DNA of 16,411 bases from Deltaproteobacteria bacterium (GTDB lineage Bacteria; SAR324; NAC60-12). The stretch's first letter is position 1, and the number at the start of each line of letters is the position of its first letter. Where the stretch lies: NCBI GenBank assembly GCA_038150265.1, contig JAYOTF010000051.1, positions 1-16,411 on the forward strand, in the 5' to 3' direction. The position numbers and the translations under genes are program-made. The notes under the pieces are model-generated. The model was given only the letters and a program-made list of their open reading frames with translations. It did not search any database and was not told where the DNA came from. Shown here piece by piece: positions 7,239-15,652 of this stretch.

Positions 7239-8561
7239 ATGACAACCGCCCCCCGGCCCTGGCTTTCAGCCGCCGCCCAGTCTTTTTGGACTCAGGAAAC
7301 CCGTACCCTTGAGGGACGTACCAGCGATGACCTGGAGCGTCGCCTGCTCCGGCTGGTGGAGGGCAACCGGGAGTTGCATGACCAGCAGTGTGTCAATCTC
7401 GACCCCGCCACCAACACCATGAACCCGCGGGCAGAGGCATTGCTGGCAAGCGGGCTCGGCTCCCGCCCGTCGCTGGGCTCTCCCGGAGACAAGTATGAGA
7501 CCGGACTCGAGGCGATTGAGAAGATTGAGGTGCTGGCGCAGCAGCTGGTATCTGACGTGTTCCGGAGCCCCTTCGCCGAGCTGCGGGTGGCTTCTGGCGC
7601 CATGGCCAACCTGTATGCCTTCATGGCCACCACCCAGCCCGGCGACCCGATTCTGGTGCCACCTCCGGAAATCGGAGGACACGTCACGCACCAATCTGCT
7701 GGCGCTGCAGGGCTCTATGGGCTGACCATCCACCCGGAGCCCGTTGATGCCGAACGCTACACGGTCGACCTGACGGCGCTGCGTGAGCAAGCTCGGGCGC
7801 TCCGCCCCAAGCTGATCACCATCGGCGGAAGCCTGAACCTGACGCACCACCCGGTTTCAGCCATCCGGGAGATTGCAGACGAAGTGGGCGCGTGGCTGCT
7901 GTTTGACGCCGCCCACCTCTGTGGCCTCATTGCTGGAAACGGCTGGCCGCACCCGCTCGAAGACGGAGCGCACCTGATGACGTTCAGCACCTACAAAAGC
8001 CTCGGAGGCCCCCCTTCCGGAGTCGTTCTGACGCAAGAGCCAGAGCTCGCTGAGCGCCTGGAGGCCATCGCCTTTCCGGGGCTGACGGCCAACCATGACG
8101 CCGGGAAGATTGCGGCATTGGCCATGACCCTGCTCGACTGGCGGGAGCACGGTGCCGCCTACGCCACACAGATGAAGGAAACCGCCTCCGCGCTTGCCGA
8201 ATCCCTCGCCCAGCAGGGCCTGCCCGTTCATTCCGCCGGCGGCTCGTGGACCACGTCTCACCAACTGGCGCTGCATGCAGAGCGCTGGGGAGGCGGCCAG
8301 ACCCTGGCGCGACACCTGCGGCGGGCCAACCTCCTCACCTGCGGAATCGGGCTGCCGCTTCCTGCTGTGGAGGGGGACCTGAACGGGCTGCGGTTGGGGA
8401 CTCCGGAGATGGTTCGGTGGGGAATGACCCCCGCTGAGGCTCCGGAACTCGCCCAGTTCTTTGGACGCGTGCTGCTGCAAGGCGAGGCGCCGGAACAGGT
8501 TGCTCCGGAGGTGTCGCGCTTCCGGCAGCGCTTCTCGACCCTGCAGTTCATTCGGTCTTAG
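7239..8561 (+). CDS. SHMT-fold PLP-dependent enzyme, alpha-methylserine aldolase-like (often auto-annotated as serine hydroxymethyltransferase)
   Basis: NLDPATN, GSRPSLG.PGDKYE, SGAMAN, GGHVTH, FDAAH, PLP lysine in TFSTYKSLGGP (canonical GlyA: TTTHKTLRGPRGG), FPGLTAN, NGLRLGTPE. RBS AGAGGA upstream; 440 aa. Confidence 0.85.
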   Translation: MTTAPRPWLSAAAQSFWTQETRTLEGRTSDDLERRLLRLVEGNRELHDQQCVNLDPATNTMNPRAEALLASGLGSRPSLGSPGDKYETGLEAIEKIEVLAQQLVSDVFRSPFAELRVASGAMANLYAFMATTQPGDPILVPPPEIGGHVTHQSAGAAGLYGLTIHPEPVDAERYTVDLTALREQARALRPKLITIGGSLNLTHHPVSAIREIADEVGAWLLFDAAHLCGLIAGNGWPHPLEDGAHLMTFSTYKSLGGPPSGVVLTQEPELAERLEAIAFPGLTANHDAGKIAALAMTLLDWREHGAAYATQMKETASALAESLAQQGLPVHSAGGSWTTSHQLALHAERWGGGQTLARHLRRANLLTCGIGLPLPAVEGDLNGLRLGTPEMVRWGMTPAEAPELAQFFGRVLLQGEAPEQVAPEVSRFRQRFSTLQFIRS

Positions 8562-8621
8562 GCGCAAGTGGCGCGCGGGGGCCTTCCCCCATCGGGGCTC
8601 GGGCGGCCCGGAAACTTTCAT

Positions 8622-8686
8622 TGATTCTGTCCACCAGAATCATTAACATCCTCCCCTGACTCCTCAAGCGTCCACCACGCTTGAGG
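8622..8686. other. Two perfect inverted repeats, each centred on GTCCACCA
   Basis: TGATTCTG-TCCAC-CAGAATCA (8622-8642) and CCTCAAGCG-TCCACCA-CGCTTGAGG (8662-8686). Function unknown. Confidence 0.6.
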
Positions 8687-8729
8687 CTTGCTCCCATGGG
8701 GAGATTCCTCTGTCCCACAAAACTCCTGC

Positions 8730-9653
8730 ATGCCAACCGCCTCTCATTCTGATGCCCCTCGGGGAATCCTTCCTCCGATGATCACCCCCCTCCAGGACCC
8801 GGACACCCTCGACTCCGCCGGCACCGAGCGGCTGGTCGAGCACATTCTTGCCGGAGGCGTCCACGGGCTGTTTCTGCTGGGCTCCACGGGAGAAGGCCCT
8901 GCTCTGCCGTACCCCATCCGGCAGCAGCTCGTCCAGCAGGTCTGCGAGCAGGTCAAGGACCGGGTGCCGGTTCTGGTGGGCATTACGGAGTCGGTCTTTG
9001 CCGACTCGGTGAAGATGGCCCAGTTTGCTCAAGACGCTGGCGCCCGCTACGTGGTGGCTTCCACCCCCTACTACTTTCCCATTCCCCAACCGGAGCTGGT
9101 GCGCTGGATGACCGAGCTGGCCGATGCCTCACCGCTGCCGGTGCTGCTGTACAACATGCCGGGCATGACCAAGGTCTCGTTTACGGTGGAGAGCATCCAG
9201 GCCCTGGCCACGCACCCGAACATCGTGGGCATCAAGGACAGTTCCGGAGACATGGGCTTCTTTCACCAGGTGCTGCGGGCGGTGGAGGAGCAACCGGACT
9301 TCCCCGTGATTGCCGGTCCGGAGGAGCTGCTTGCGGAAACCGTGCTTCTGGGCGGAGGTGGGGGAGTTCCCGGAGGCGCCAACCTGTTTCCTCGGCTCTA
9401 CGTCCAGCTGTATGAGGCGGCTTGCCAGGGCGATCTCGAAACCGTCCGGCGCCTCCAGAAGCAGGTCATTGAAGTGGAGCACACGCTGTACGTCCATGGC
9501 GCCTACGGATCAGGCGTGACGCAGGGGCTCAAGTGTGCGGCCGAGGAGAAGGGCCTGTGCGCCGGGGCGCTCTGTCGACCGTTTCAGCCGCTGGCGGCTC
9601 AGACGCAGGCCGGCATCCGGGAGCAGCTAAAGCAGTGGCACGACCTGGCCTAA
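8730..9653 (+). CDS. Dihydrodipicolinate synthase/N-acetylneuraminate lyase family class I aldolase (probably catabolic, YagE/YjhH-like)
   Basis: GILPPMITP, GVHGLFLLGSTGE, RVPVLVG, PYYF, LLYNMP (catalytic Tyr), GIKDSSG (Schiff-base Lys), GGANLFP. ATG 8730 is preferred over TTG 8688. Confidence 0.9.
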   Translation: MPTASHSDAPRGILPPMITPLQDPDTLDSAGTERLVEHILAGGVHGLFLLGSTGEGPALPYPIRQQLVQQVCEQVKDRVPVLVGITESVFADSVKMAQFAQDAGARYVVASTPYYFPIPQPELVRWMTELADASPLPVLLYNMPGMTKVSFTVESIQALATHPNIVGIKDSSGDMGFFHQVLRAVEEQPDFPVIAGPEELLAETVLLGGGGGVPGGANLFPRLYVQLYEAACQGDLETVRRLQKQVIEVEHTLYVHGAYGSGVTQGLKCAAEEKGLCAGALCRPFQPLAAQTQAGIREQLKQWHDLA

Positions 9654-9667
9654 GGCCTTGGACCGGA

Positions 9668-9714
9668 GGCGTTTCCGGAGGTGACTCCCGAACGCCAGCG
9701 CCAGCCGCTTTTTT
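9668..9714 (+). terminator. Possible weak intrinsic terminator or stem-loop after the aldolase gene
   Basis: Imperfect hairpin GGCGTT(TCC)GGAG-GTGA-CTCC(CG)AACGCC (9668-9696). A T6 run starts 12 nt later, which is non-canonical spacing. Confidence 0.3.
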
Positions 9715-9874
9715 CATAAAACGATGATCATTCTGCTGATTTCCCTGGTTCCGGAGCGGGCGGACGGTCTGTTTCTACCTTGCGAATATCTGATCATCCT
9801 CTAATCTTTGCGCCTTCAGTTCCCCGGATGCCCCGGTTGCTGAAGATCCTTATCCCTCAAGATGGAGCCCCCAC

Positions 9875-10876
9875 ATGAAGCACTTTACTCGCCGATCCAT
9901 GCTTTCAGCGCTGGCTGTTGCCTGTGTGACTGCCGGAACCCTGCTGACCAGCACTTCGGCCTGGGCCAACAAGATCACGCTGCGCATGTCAACTCCGGCC
10001 ACGGAAACCGACATTCGGTGTCAGGGCCTGCAAAACGTCTTTGCAGCCAAAGTGAGCAGCTTTGCCGACTACCAGCCTCACTACAACGCGACCCTCTTCA
10101 AGCAAAACACCGAGCTGACCGCCATTGCCCGCGGCAACCTGGAGATGTCCATCACCTCTGCCCAGGAGCTGGCCAAACTGATCCCGGAGTGGTCGGTCTT
10201 CACGTCCGGATACCTGCTGCGCGATGCGGATCATCAGCAAAAGGTCTTCACCAGCGATGTCGGAAAAGAGTTCTACAAGATGGCTGAAGACAAGCTGGGC
10301 ATCAAGCTGCTCGGTGTCATGTACTTTGGCAAGCGCCACCTGAACCTGCGGACTGAAAACAAGGTGATGACCCCAGCGGACATGGCAGGGGTCAAGCTCC
10401 GCATGCCCGGCACCGACGCGTGGCAGTTCCTCGGAAAAGCCCTGGGAGCCAACCCGACCCCCATGGCCTTCACCGAGGTGTACACCGGACTGCAAACCGG
10501 CGCCATTGATGGACAGGACAACCCGCTGCCCACCGACAAGGACAAGAAGTTCCACGAGGTCACCAAGCAGATCATCCTCACCGGACACCTGGCAGACATG
10601 AACTTCCTCGCTCTGAGCAAGAAGGTGTGGGACGGCCTGACCCCAGACCAGCAGCGCCAGATGCAGGAGGCTGCCGATGATGCCATGCAGGTCATCAGCA
10701 TCAACGTCGAGTCCCAGGAAGCCCTGCTGGAAGACTTCTTCCGCAACGAAGGCCTGCAGGTCTACACGCCGAATGTCGATGCCTTCCGGACCCAGGTGCA
10801 GCAGATGTATCTGGAGTCCGAGTTCTCCCGTGACTGGCCGAAGGGCGTGGTGGAGCGCGTCAACGCGATTCGCTAA
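9875..10876 (+). CDS. dctP: TRAP transporter substrate-binding protein (DctP/SiaP family)
   Basis: Signal peptide with Tat-like TRRSML, ARGNLEM, GKRHL, GVKLRMP (conserved carboxylate-binding Arg), LGANPTPMAFTEVYTGLQTGAIDGQDNP, KFHEV, LTGH. RBS GGAG. Confidence 0.95.
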   Translation: MKHFTRRSMLSALAVACVTAGTLLTSTSAWANKITLRMSTPATETDIRCQGLQNVFAAKVSSFADYQPHYNATLFKQNTELTAIARGNLEMSITSAQELAKLIPEWSVFTSGYLLRDADHQQKVFTSDVGKEFYKMAEDKLGIKLLGVMYFGKRHLNLRTENKVMTPADMAGVKLRMPGTDAWQFLGKALGANPTPMAFTEVYTGLQTGAIDGQDNPLPTDKDKKFHEVTKQIILTGHLADMNFLALSKKVWDGLTPDQQRQMQEAADDAMQVISINVESQEALLEDFFRNEGLQVYTPNVDAFRTQVQQMYLESEFSRDWPKGVVERVNAIR

Positions 10877-10888
10877 GTCACCGGTTTG

Positions 10889-11386
10889 ATGTCGATTCTG
10901 CGTTGGTTCAAGGCAGGAGCCGAGTTCGTGGCGGTCCTCTTACTGGCCGCCATGTTCTCGTTTTTCCTCCTCCAGATCTTTACCCGGTACGTCCTCAATG
11001 AGCCCTTGAGCTGGACCCTTGAGGCCTGCCTGATCACGTGGCTCTGGACGGTCTTCTGGGGCTGTGGCGTCTTGTTGCGTGACTCCGATCACGTCAAGTT
11101 CGACATCCTTTACCTCGGGGCCTCCCCCCGGGTTCGTCGCGGGTTTGCCCTGGTGTCTGCCGTGGCCATCGTTGTGGCCTTCGTCACGACGGCGCCCGCG
11201 ACTTACGACTACATCTCCTTCATGAAGATTGAGCGGAGCTCCTCGCTGAAGATCCGCCTCGACTACATCTTCAGCATCTACTTCCTCTTCATGGCCGGAG
11301 CCGTTGTGTATTACGGCGTCCGCCTGGTCCGGATCCTGAAAACGCCCGAATTTGAAAACGCGCCCGCTCCTGAGGAGCGCGAATGA
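10889..11386 (+). CDS. dctQ: TRAP transporter small permease
   Basis: Four predicted TM segments, QIFTRYVLNEPLSWTLE, HVKFDI. The stop overlaps the dctM start (ATGA at 11383-11386). Alternative start TTG 10886. Confidence 0.93.
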   Translation: MSILRWFKAGAEFVAVLLLAAMFSFFLLQIFTRYVLNEPLSWTLEACLITWLWTVFWGCGVLLRDSDHVKFDILYLGASPRVRRGFALVSAVAIVVAFVTTAPATYDYISFMKIERSSSLKIRLDYIFSIYFLFMAGAVVYYGVRLVRILKTPEFENAPAPEERE

Positions 11387-12678
11387 GCGAGGCGTTTTTC
11401 TACTGCATTGCCGCGATCTTTGGACTCGCGGCCCTCGGCACCCCCATCGCCTACTCGATCCTCGTGGGGGCGATCACCTACCTGGCCACCAAGGGGCAGG
11501 ACCTGGCGCTGGCTGCCGAGCAGATCATTCAGGGGCTGTTTGAGAGCTTTGTTCTGCTGGCGGTTCCGCTGTTCATTGTGGCAGCCAACATCATGAACGC
11601 CGGCACCATCTCGGATCGGCTCCTGAACTTCTGTGTGGCGCTGGTGGGGCGCTTCAAGGGGGGGCTGGGGCACGTGAACGTGGTGGCGAGCCTGATCTTT
11701 TCCGGAATGTCCGGCTCGGCCATTGCGGATGCAGCAGGAATCGGCAAGGTGATCATTGAGATGATGACCCGCAACAACCGCTACACGCCCGGTTTTGCAG
11801 CGGCCATCACCGCAGCCTCGGCCACCATTGGCCCCATCATTCCGCCGTCCATCCCGATGGTCCTCTATGCCCTGGTCTCCGACAGTTCCATCGGCTACCT
11901 GTTTTTGGGCGGAATCACCCCCGGACTGCTCATGGGAGCGGTCCTCATGACCATGGTCGCGTACAAGGCGAAGGTTCACCACTTCGAGTCGGAGGCGCCG
12001 GTGCCCCTGCGGGAAATGCCGCGGCTGACCGTCCGTGCCTTTCCTGCTCTGATGCTGCCCGTCATCCTCCTGTTCGGCATTTACGGAGGCGCCACCACTC
12101 CCACAGAAGCCGCCGCCGTCGCAGCGGCATACGCGCTGATCCTGGCCGCCTTCTTCTACCGGTCCCTGAGCTGGAAGGGCCTCTACTCGATTTTACTGGA
12201 AAGCTCTCGGTCTTCTGCGGCGGTGGGGCTCGTGATTGGGGGGGCGCTGATTCTGAACTACATTGTCGCCAGCGAAAACATCCCGAACCAGCTGGCAGGG
12301 TCGCTTCAGAACATCGACGTCTCGCCACTGATGTTTTTGCTGGGGGTGAACCTGCTCCTGCTCCTGCTCGGGTGCGTCCTTGATGCCACCACCCTGATTC
12401 TGGTGGTGATCCCGCTCTTCATTCCATCTTGCCGAGCGCTTGGCATTGACCTGGTGCACTTTGGTGTGGTGGTGGTCGTCAACTCCATGATTGGCCTGAT
12501 CACCCCACCTTATGGCATCTTGCTCTTTGTCATCAATGCCACCACAGGCATTTCGCTCCAAAGCATCATCCGGGAGGTGTTGCCGTTTCTGGCGGTGCTG
12601 CTGATTGCCCTGATGGTCATTGTGCTGGTCCCGGAGGTGGTGCTCTGGCTGCCACGGGTCGTCGGCTACCACGGGTAG
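11383..12678 (+). CDS. dctM: TRAP transporter large permease
   Basis: LLAVPLFI, GGLGHVNV, FSGMSGSAIADAA, IGPIIPPSIPMVLY, TPTEAAAVA, GIDLVHFGV, IGLITPPYG. Confidence 0.96.
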   Translation: MSEAFFYCIAAIFGLAALGTPIAYSILVGAITYLATKGQDLALAAEQIIQGLFESFVLLAVPLFIVAANIMNAGTISDRLLNFCVALVGRFKGGLGHVNVVASLIFSGMSGSAIADAAGIGKVIIEMMTRNNRYTPGFAAAITAASATIGPIIPPSIPMVLYALVSDSSIGYLFLGGITPGLLMGAVLMTMVAYKAKVHHFESEAPVPLREMPRLTVRAFPALMLPVILLFGIYGGATTPTEAAAVAAAYALILAAFFYRSLSWKGLYSILLESSRSSAAVGLVIGGALILNYIVASENIPNQLAGSLQNIDVSPLMFLLGVNLLLLLLGCVLDATTLILVVIPLFIPSCRALGIDLVHFGVVVVVNSMIGLITPPYGILLFVINATTGISLQSIIREVLPFLAVLLIALMVIVLVPEVVLWLPRVVGYHG

Positions 12679-12735
12679 CAGGGCCCCAGCCCAGGAAGCT
12701 GCAAGCGAACACCAAGGCCCGCCACGGCCCCTGCG

Positions 12736-15198
12736 TCAGGAGGCCGGCACCGCGGCTTTGGGCAGGACGAGGCAAAAGTGAGCCCCGTGGTCGAGGTCAA
12801 CCCGATTGAAGGCCTCCAGAGAGCCCTGATGCTGCTGCAGGATGCGGCGGCACATGGAGAGACCCAGTCCGCTGCCGTCCTTGCCTTTCGTCGTAAAGAA
12901 CTGGTCAAACATCCGCTCCCGCACCTCTGCGGAAATTCCGATTCCCGTATCAAAGAGGCAGACCTTCAGGGTCGAGGGCTGCTCGGAAAACACCACCCGG
13001 ATTTCTCCGGAGGCGCTTCCGTGCTGCTCCTGCTGCTCCACAATGGCATCTACCGAATTCGAAAAGAGGTTCTGGAACACCTGAATCATTTCCTTGCGGT
13101 TGAGGGACACCAGCGGCTCGGATTCCGGATGATCGGCCCAGGGGCACTGGCACTCAAACCGGATGTTCTGGTGCCGGAAGGTGGTGGTGAACAGTTCCGC
13201 GACCTGGTGCAGAATGGCGGAAAGTGGCTGGTTCTGGAATTCATCTTCCGCCCGAGCCACCTCCAGCGTCCGCGTCATGATCGACTTGGCGTGCTCCAGC
13301 GCCGAGGACGCCGCCTCCAGTGACCGGAGCCCCTTCTCTCGCTGCTCCGGAGCCAGCAGGTCCTGGAGCTGGTGCAGGCGCAGTTCCAGGATGGACAACG
13401 GCTGCTTGAGGTCGTGGTTGATCTCTGCCGCCAGCTGCCCCAAGGCCGCAAACCGCTCATGGCGACGCAGCTCCTCCTGTTGCTGCATGAACTCCGTCAC
13501 ATCCCGGATCACCCCAATGCGCCAGAGCTTGCCCTCTCGCTGGGTGAGCGTGGTGGAGGCTTCCCGCCACTGCCAGGTCCCGTTTTTCATCTGGAATCGG
13601 TACACAAAGGTCAGCGGGGTGCCATGCGGAAGCTGAGGCAGGTCTTCCAGGAGCAGACGCTCCATCATCGGCCGGTCGTCCGGATGCACCCGCTGCATCA
13701 TCTTTTCAAACGGGATCTCGTCGGGTTCCGCCAGCTCCTGCAGCTGGGCATAGGCGTTATCAATGAGCCGCTCTCCGGTATCCAGGCACGATTCGGCAAA
13801 GCCAAACTGGGCGGTCTTCATGGCCAACTGCAGGCGCTGCAGCAGCTTCTCTCGCTCCTGCTGGGCCAGGTGCCGCTCGGTCACATCGGTCACCACCCCA
13901 TACAGCTCCAGCGGCTGTCCCTCGTCGTTGAGGCGCAGGGCCCCTTTCGCTTCCACCCAGCGGATGTCCCCCTGTGGGGTCACCACACGGTGCTTGATCT
14001 CATAGCCCTTCGACGTCTCCAGGGTTTCCTGAATGCGGGCCTCCAGATGAGGCCAGTCACTTGGGTGAACCGCCTTTTGAAAGGACTCAAACGTCATCGG
14101 CTGATCGTGCGGGATCTGATAGGTCTCGTAAACCTCCGGGCTCCACTGGATCGCGCCCGAGGGGATGTGCCAGCTCCAGTAGCCACTGCGGCTCAGCTCC
14201 CGGGCCCGTTGGCCCTGCTCAATCTCACGCTTGAGCTGAGCAATGAGCTGCGTCCGTTCTTCCTCTTGCTGCACCTGCTGGGTCAGGTCTCGGCTGAGGG
14301 TAAACACCTTGGGAGCGTCATCGATCACCTGAATGTAGCCGCTGATCTCAATCCAGCGCAGCTGCTGGTCCGCGTCGAACAGCCGATTGAGGACCTGCAT
14401 GTACCGTCCGGGCTGGGCCAGTGCGGCATCGATGGACGCACGAACCTGTTCGCGATCCTCCGGATGCAGGTGCGTCTCCATCCACTCCCAGAGGTTGGTC
14501 TCCATGGCCGATTGCAGCTGACAGTGCCGGAGGAAGTGCGAATTCCAGCGTTCCAGCGTCCCGGTTTTCAGGTCCGTCAGGGCGTACCCCAATTCATCAA
14601 CCTGCAACGCCAGCTCCAGCTCCTGCAAGAGGTTCTTCTGCTCCTCCTGCCAGCGTTTGTTTTCCTGGGTCACGTCACGGTCAAACCCCCGGACCACCCG
14701 CTCTCCATTGGGCAGCTCCAGGTAGTGTCCAGAGAACTCCATCCAGCGCCACCCCTTGTCCGGGTGCAGGTATCGGTAGGAGTGCTTGACGGTGGAACCT
14801 GCGGGGATGTCGCCTTCGTGAAGCAGGAGCTTGCGCATCACCTCCTGGTTGTCCGGGTGGATGCGCGACACGAACTCCGTGGGCGTCAACAGCCGCTGAA
14901 ACCCGAAGAGCTCCTTCTGGTACCGGTCTGATCGTCCTTCCTGACGGTCGAAGTTGTACTCGTAGAAGCTCAGCTGTGTGACCGCCTGCACGTAGCTCAG
15001 TTGGTCCAGCGACCGCTTCAGGTCCTGCTCCGGATGATCCCCATCCAGAGCCGGCGGTGGCGGCGTCAGCAGCAGGCGCAGGGAGTCCAGCTCCTGAGTC
15101 AGGTCAGGGTCGGCAAGCGCGGCAGGGTCCGTGGCGTGGAGCGTCTCCAGCTGGTCCCGGAGGGCTCGGGCTTGCTGCAGAAGAGAAGAATCCGTCAT
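12736..15198 (-). CDS. Cytoplasmic multi-PAS sensor histidine kinase (4 PAS/PAC + HisKA + HATPase_c)
   Basis: Four PAS_3-type repeats (IHPDN, LHPED, VHPSD, VHPDD, each followed by a W-x-E strand and a D[VL]T end). H-box LGQLAAEINHDLKQPL, N-box QVFQNLFSNSVDA, DTGIGI, FFTTK, GSGLGL. No TM segment. ATG 15198 is preferred over GTG 15252. Confidence 0.93.
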   Translation of the reverse strand: MTDSSLLQQARALRDQLETLHATDPAALADPDLTQELDSLRLLLTPPPPALDGDHPEQDLKRSLDQLSYVQAVTQLSFYEYNFDRQEGRSDRYQKELFGFQRLLTPTEFVSRIHPDNQEVMRKLLLHEGDIPAGSTVKHSYRYLHPDKGWRWMEFSGHYLELPNGERVVRGFDRDVTQENKRWQEEQKNLLQELELALQVDELGYALTDLKTGTLERWNSHFLRHCQLQSAMETNLWEWMETHLHPEDREQVRASIDAALAQPGRYMQVLNRLFDADQQLRWIEISGYIQVIDDAPKVFTLSRDLTQQVQQEEERTQLIAQLKREIEQGQRARELSRSGYWSWHIPSGAIQWSPEVYETYQIPHDQPMTFESFQKAVHPSDWPHLEARIQETLETSKGYEIKHRVVTPQGDIRWVEAKGALRLNDEGQPLELYGVVTDVTERHLAQQEREKLLQRLQLAMKTAQFGFAESCLDTGERLIDNAYAQLQELAEPDEIPFEKMMQRVHPDDRPMMERLLLEDLPQLPHGTPLTFVYRFQMKNGTWQWREASTTLTQREGKLWRIGVIRDVTEFMQQQEELRRHERFAALGQLAAEINHDLKQPLSILELRLHQLQDLLAPEQREKGLRSLEAASSALEHAKSIMTRTLEVARAEDEFQNQPLSAILHQVAELFTTTFRHQNIRFECQCPWADHPESEPLVSLNRKEMIQVFQNLFSNSVDAIVEQQEQHGSASGEIRVVFSEQPSTLKVCLFDTGIGISAEVRERMFDQFFTTKGKDGSGLGLSMCRRILQQHQGSLEAFNRVDLDHGAHFCLVLPKAAVPAS

Positions 15199-15652
15199 GT
15201 CAGAGGGAGGTAAGGGAGGAGCCCAGGCTCGGGCACTCCTCCCCAAAGCCACCAGGAGCGAGGTTGAAGTTTGAGGTCAAGCAGTGCCACAGGGAGCGCC
15301 TGTGGGGCCCGAAGAGCAAAGGGTGGGGCGCTCAGGAGCACAGCCCGGAAGCCCCGGAAGGCTTTCACTAAGTCAGAAGTTAATAATTTTTTCCGTAAAA
15401 AACATCAAGATCTTTTCCTGAACACGCCCCCTTCCTTCTACGGAGCGACCTGCTTGCACAAAAGAGGAGGAGGGCTTGCCGGGAGCAGCCCCAACCGGGC
15501 AGCCGCCTGCCAAGCCGCTTCCGGAGTCCGGAGACGCGGCCTTCCACAGAACCGGACAGCGGCCTCGTCTTCTGTCCCAAAAGTTGTTACCGTATTTCCG
15601 ACTTCGGTGACGTATGGGCACCGCTTTTTTCCTCTGACCTCTGTGCCGCATC

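Noticed and set aside
8629..8677. TCCACCA as a tRNA 3' end/att site, or GGTGGA as a T-box
   Set aside because: No cloverleaf or T-psi-C arm upstream, no integrase, and no T-box stem I or correctly oriented synthetase gene.
9724..9800. Two TGATCA palindromes upstream of dctP as a possible operator
   Set aside because: Only 6-8 bp with dissimilar flanks and no local regulator; cannot be distinguished from chance.
13372..14931. 519-aa plus-strand ORF
   Set aside because: Antisense shadow of the histidine kinase; its L/Q/V-rich composition mirrors the sense codons.
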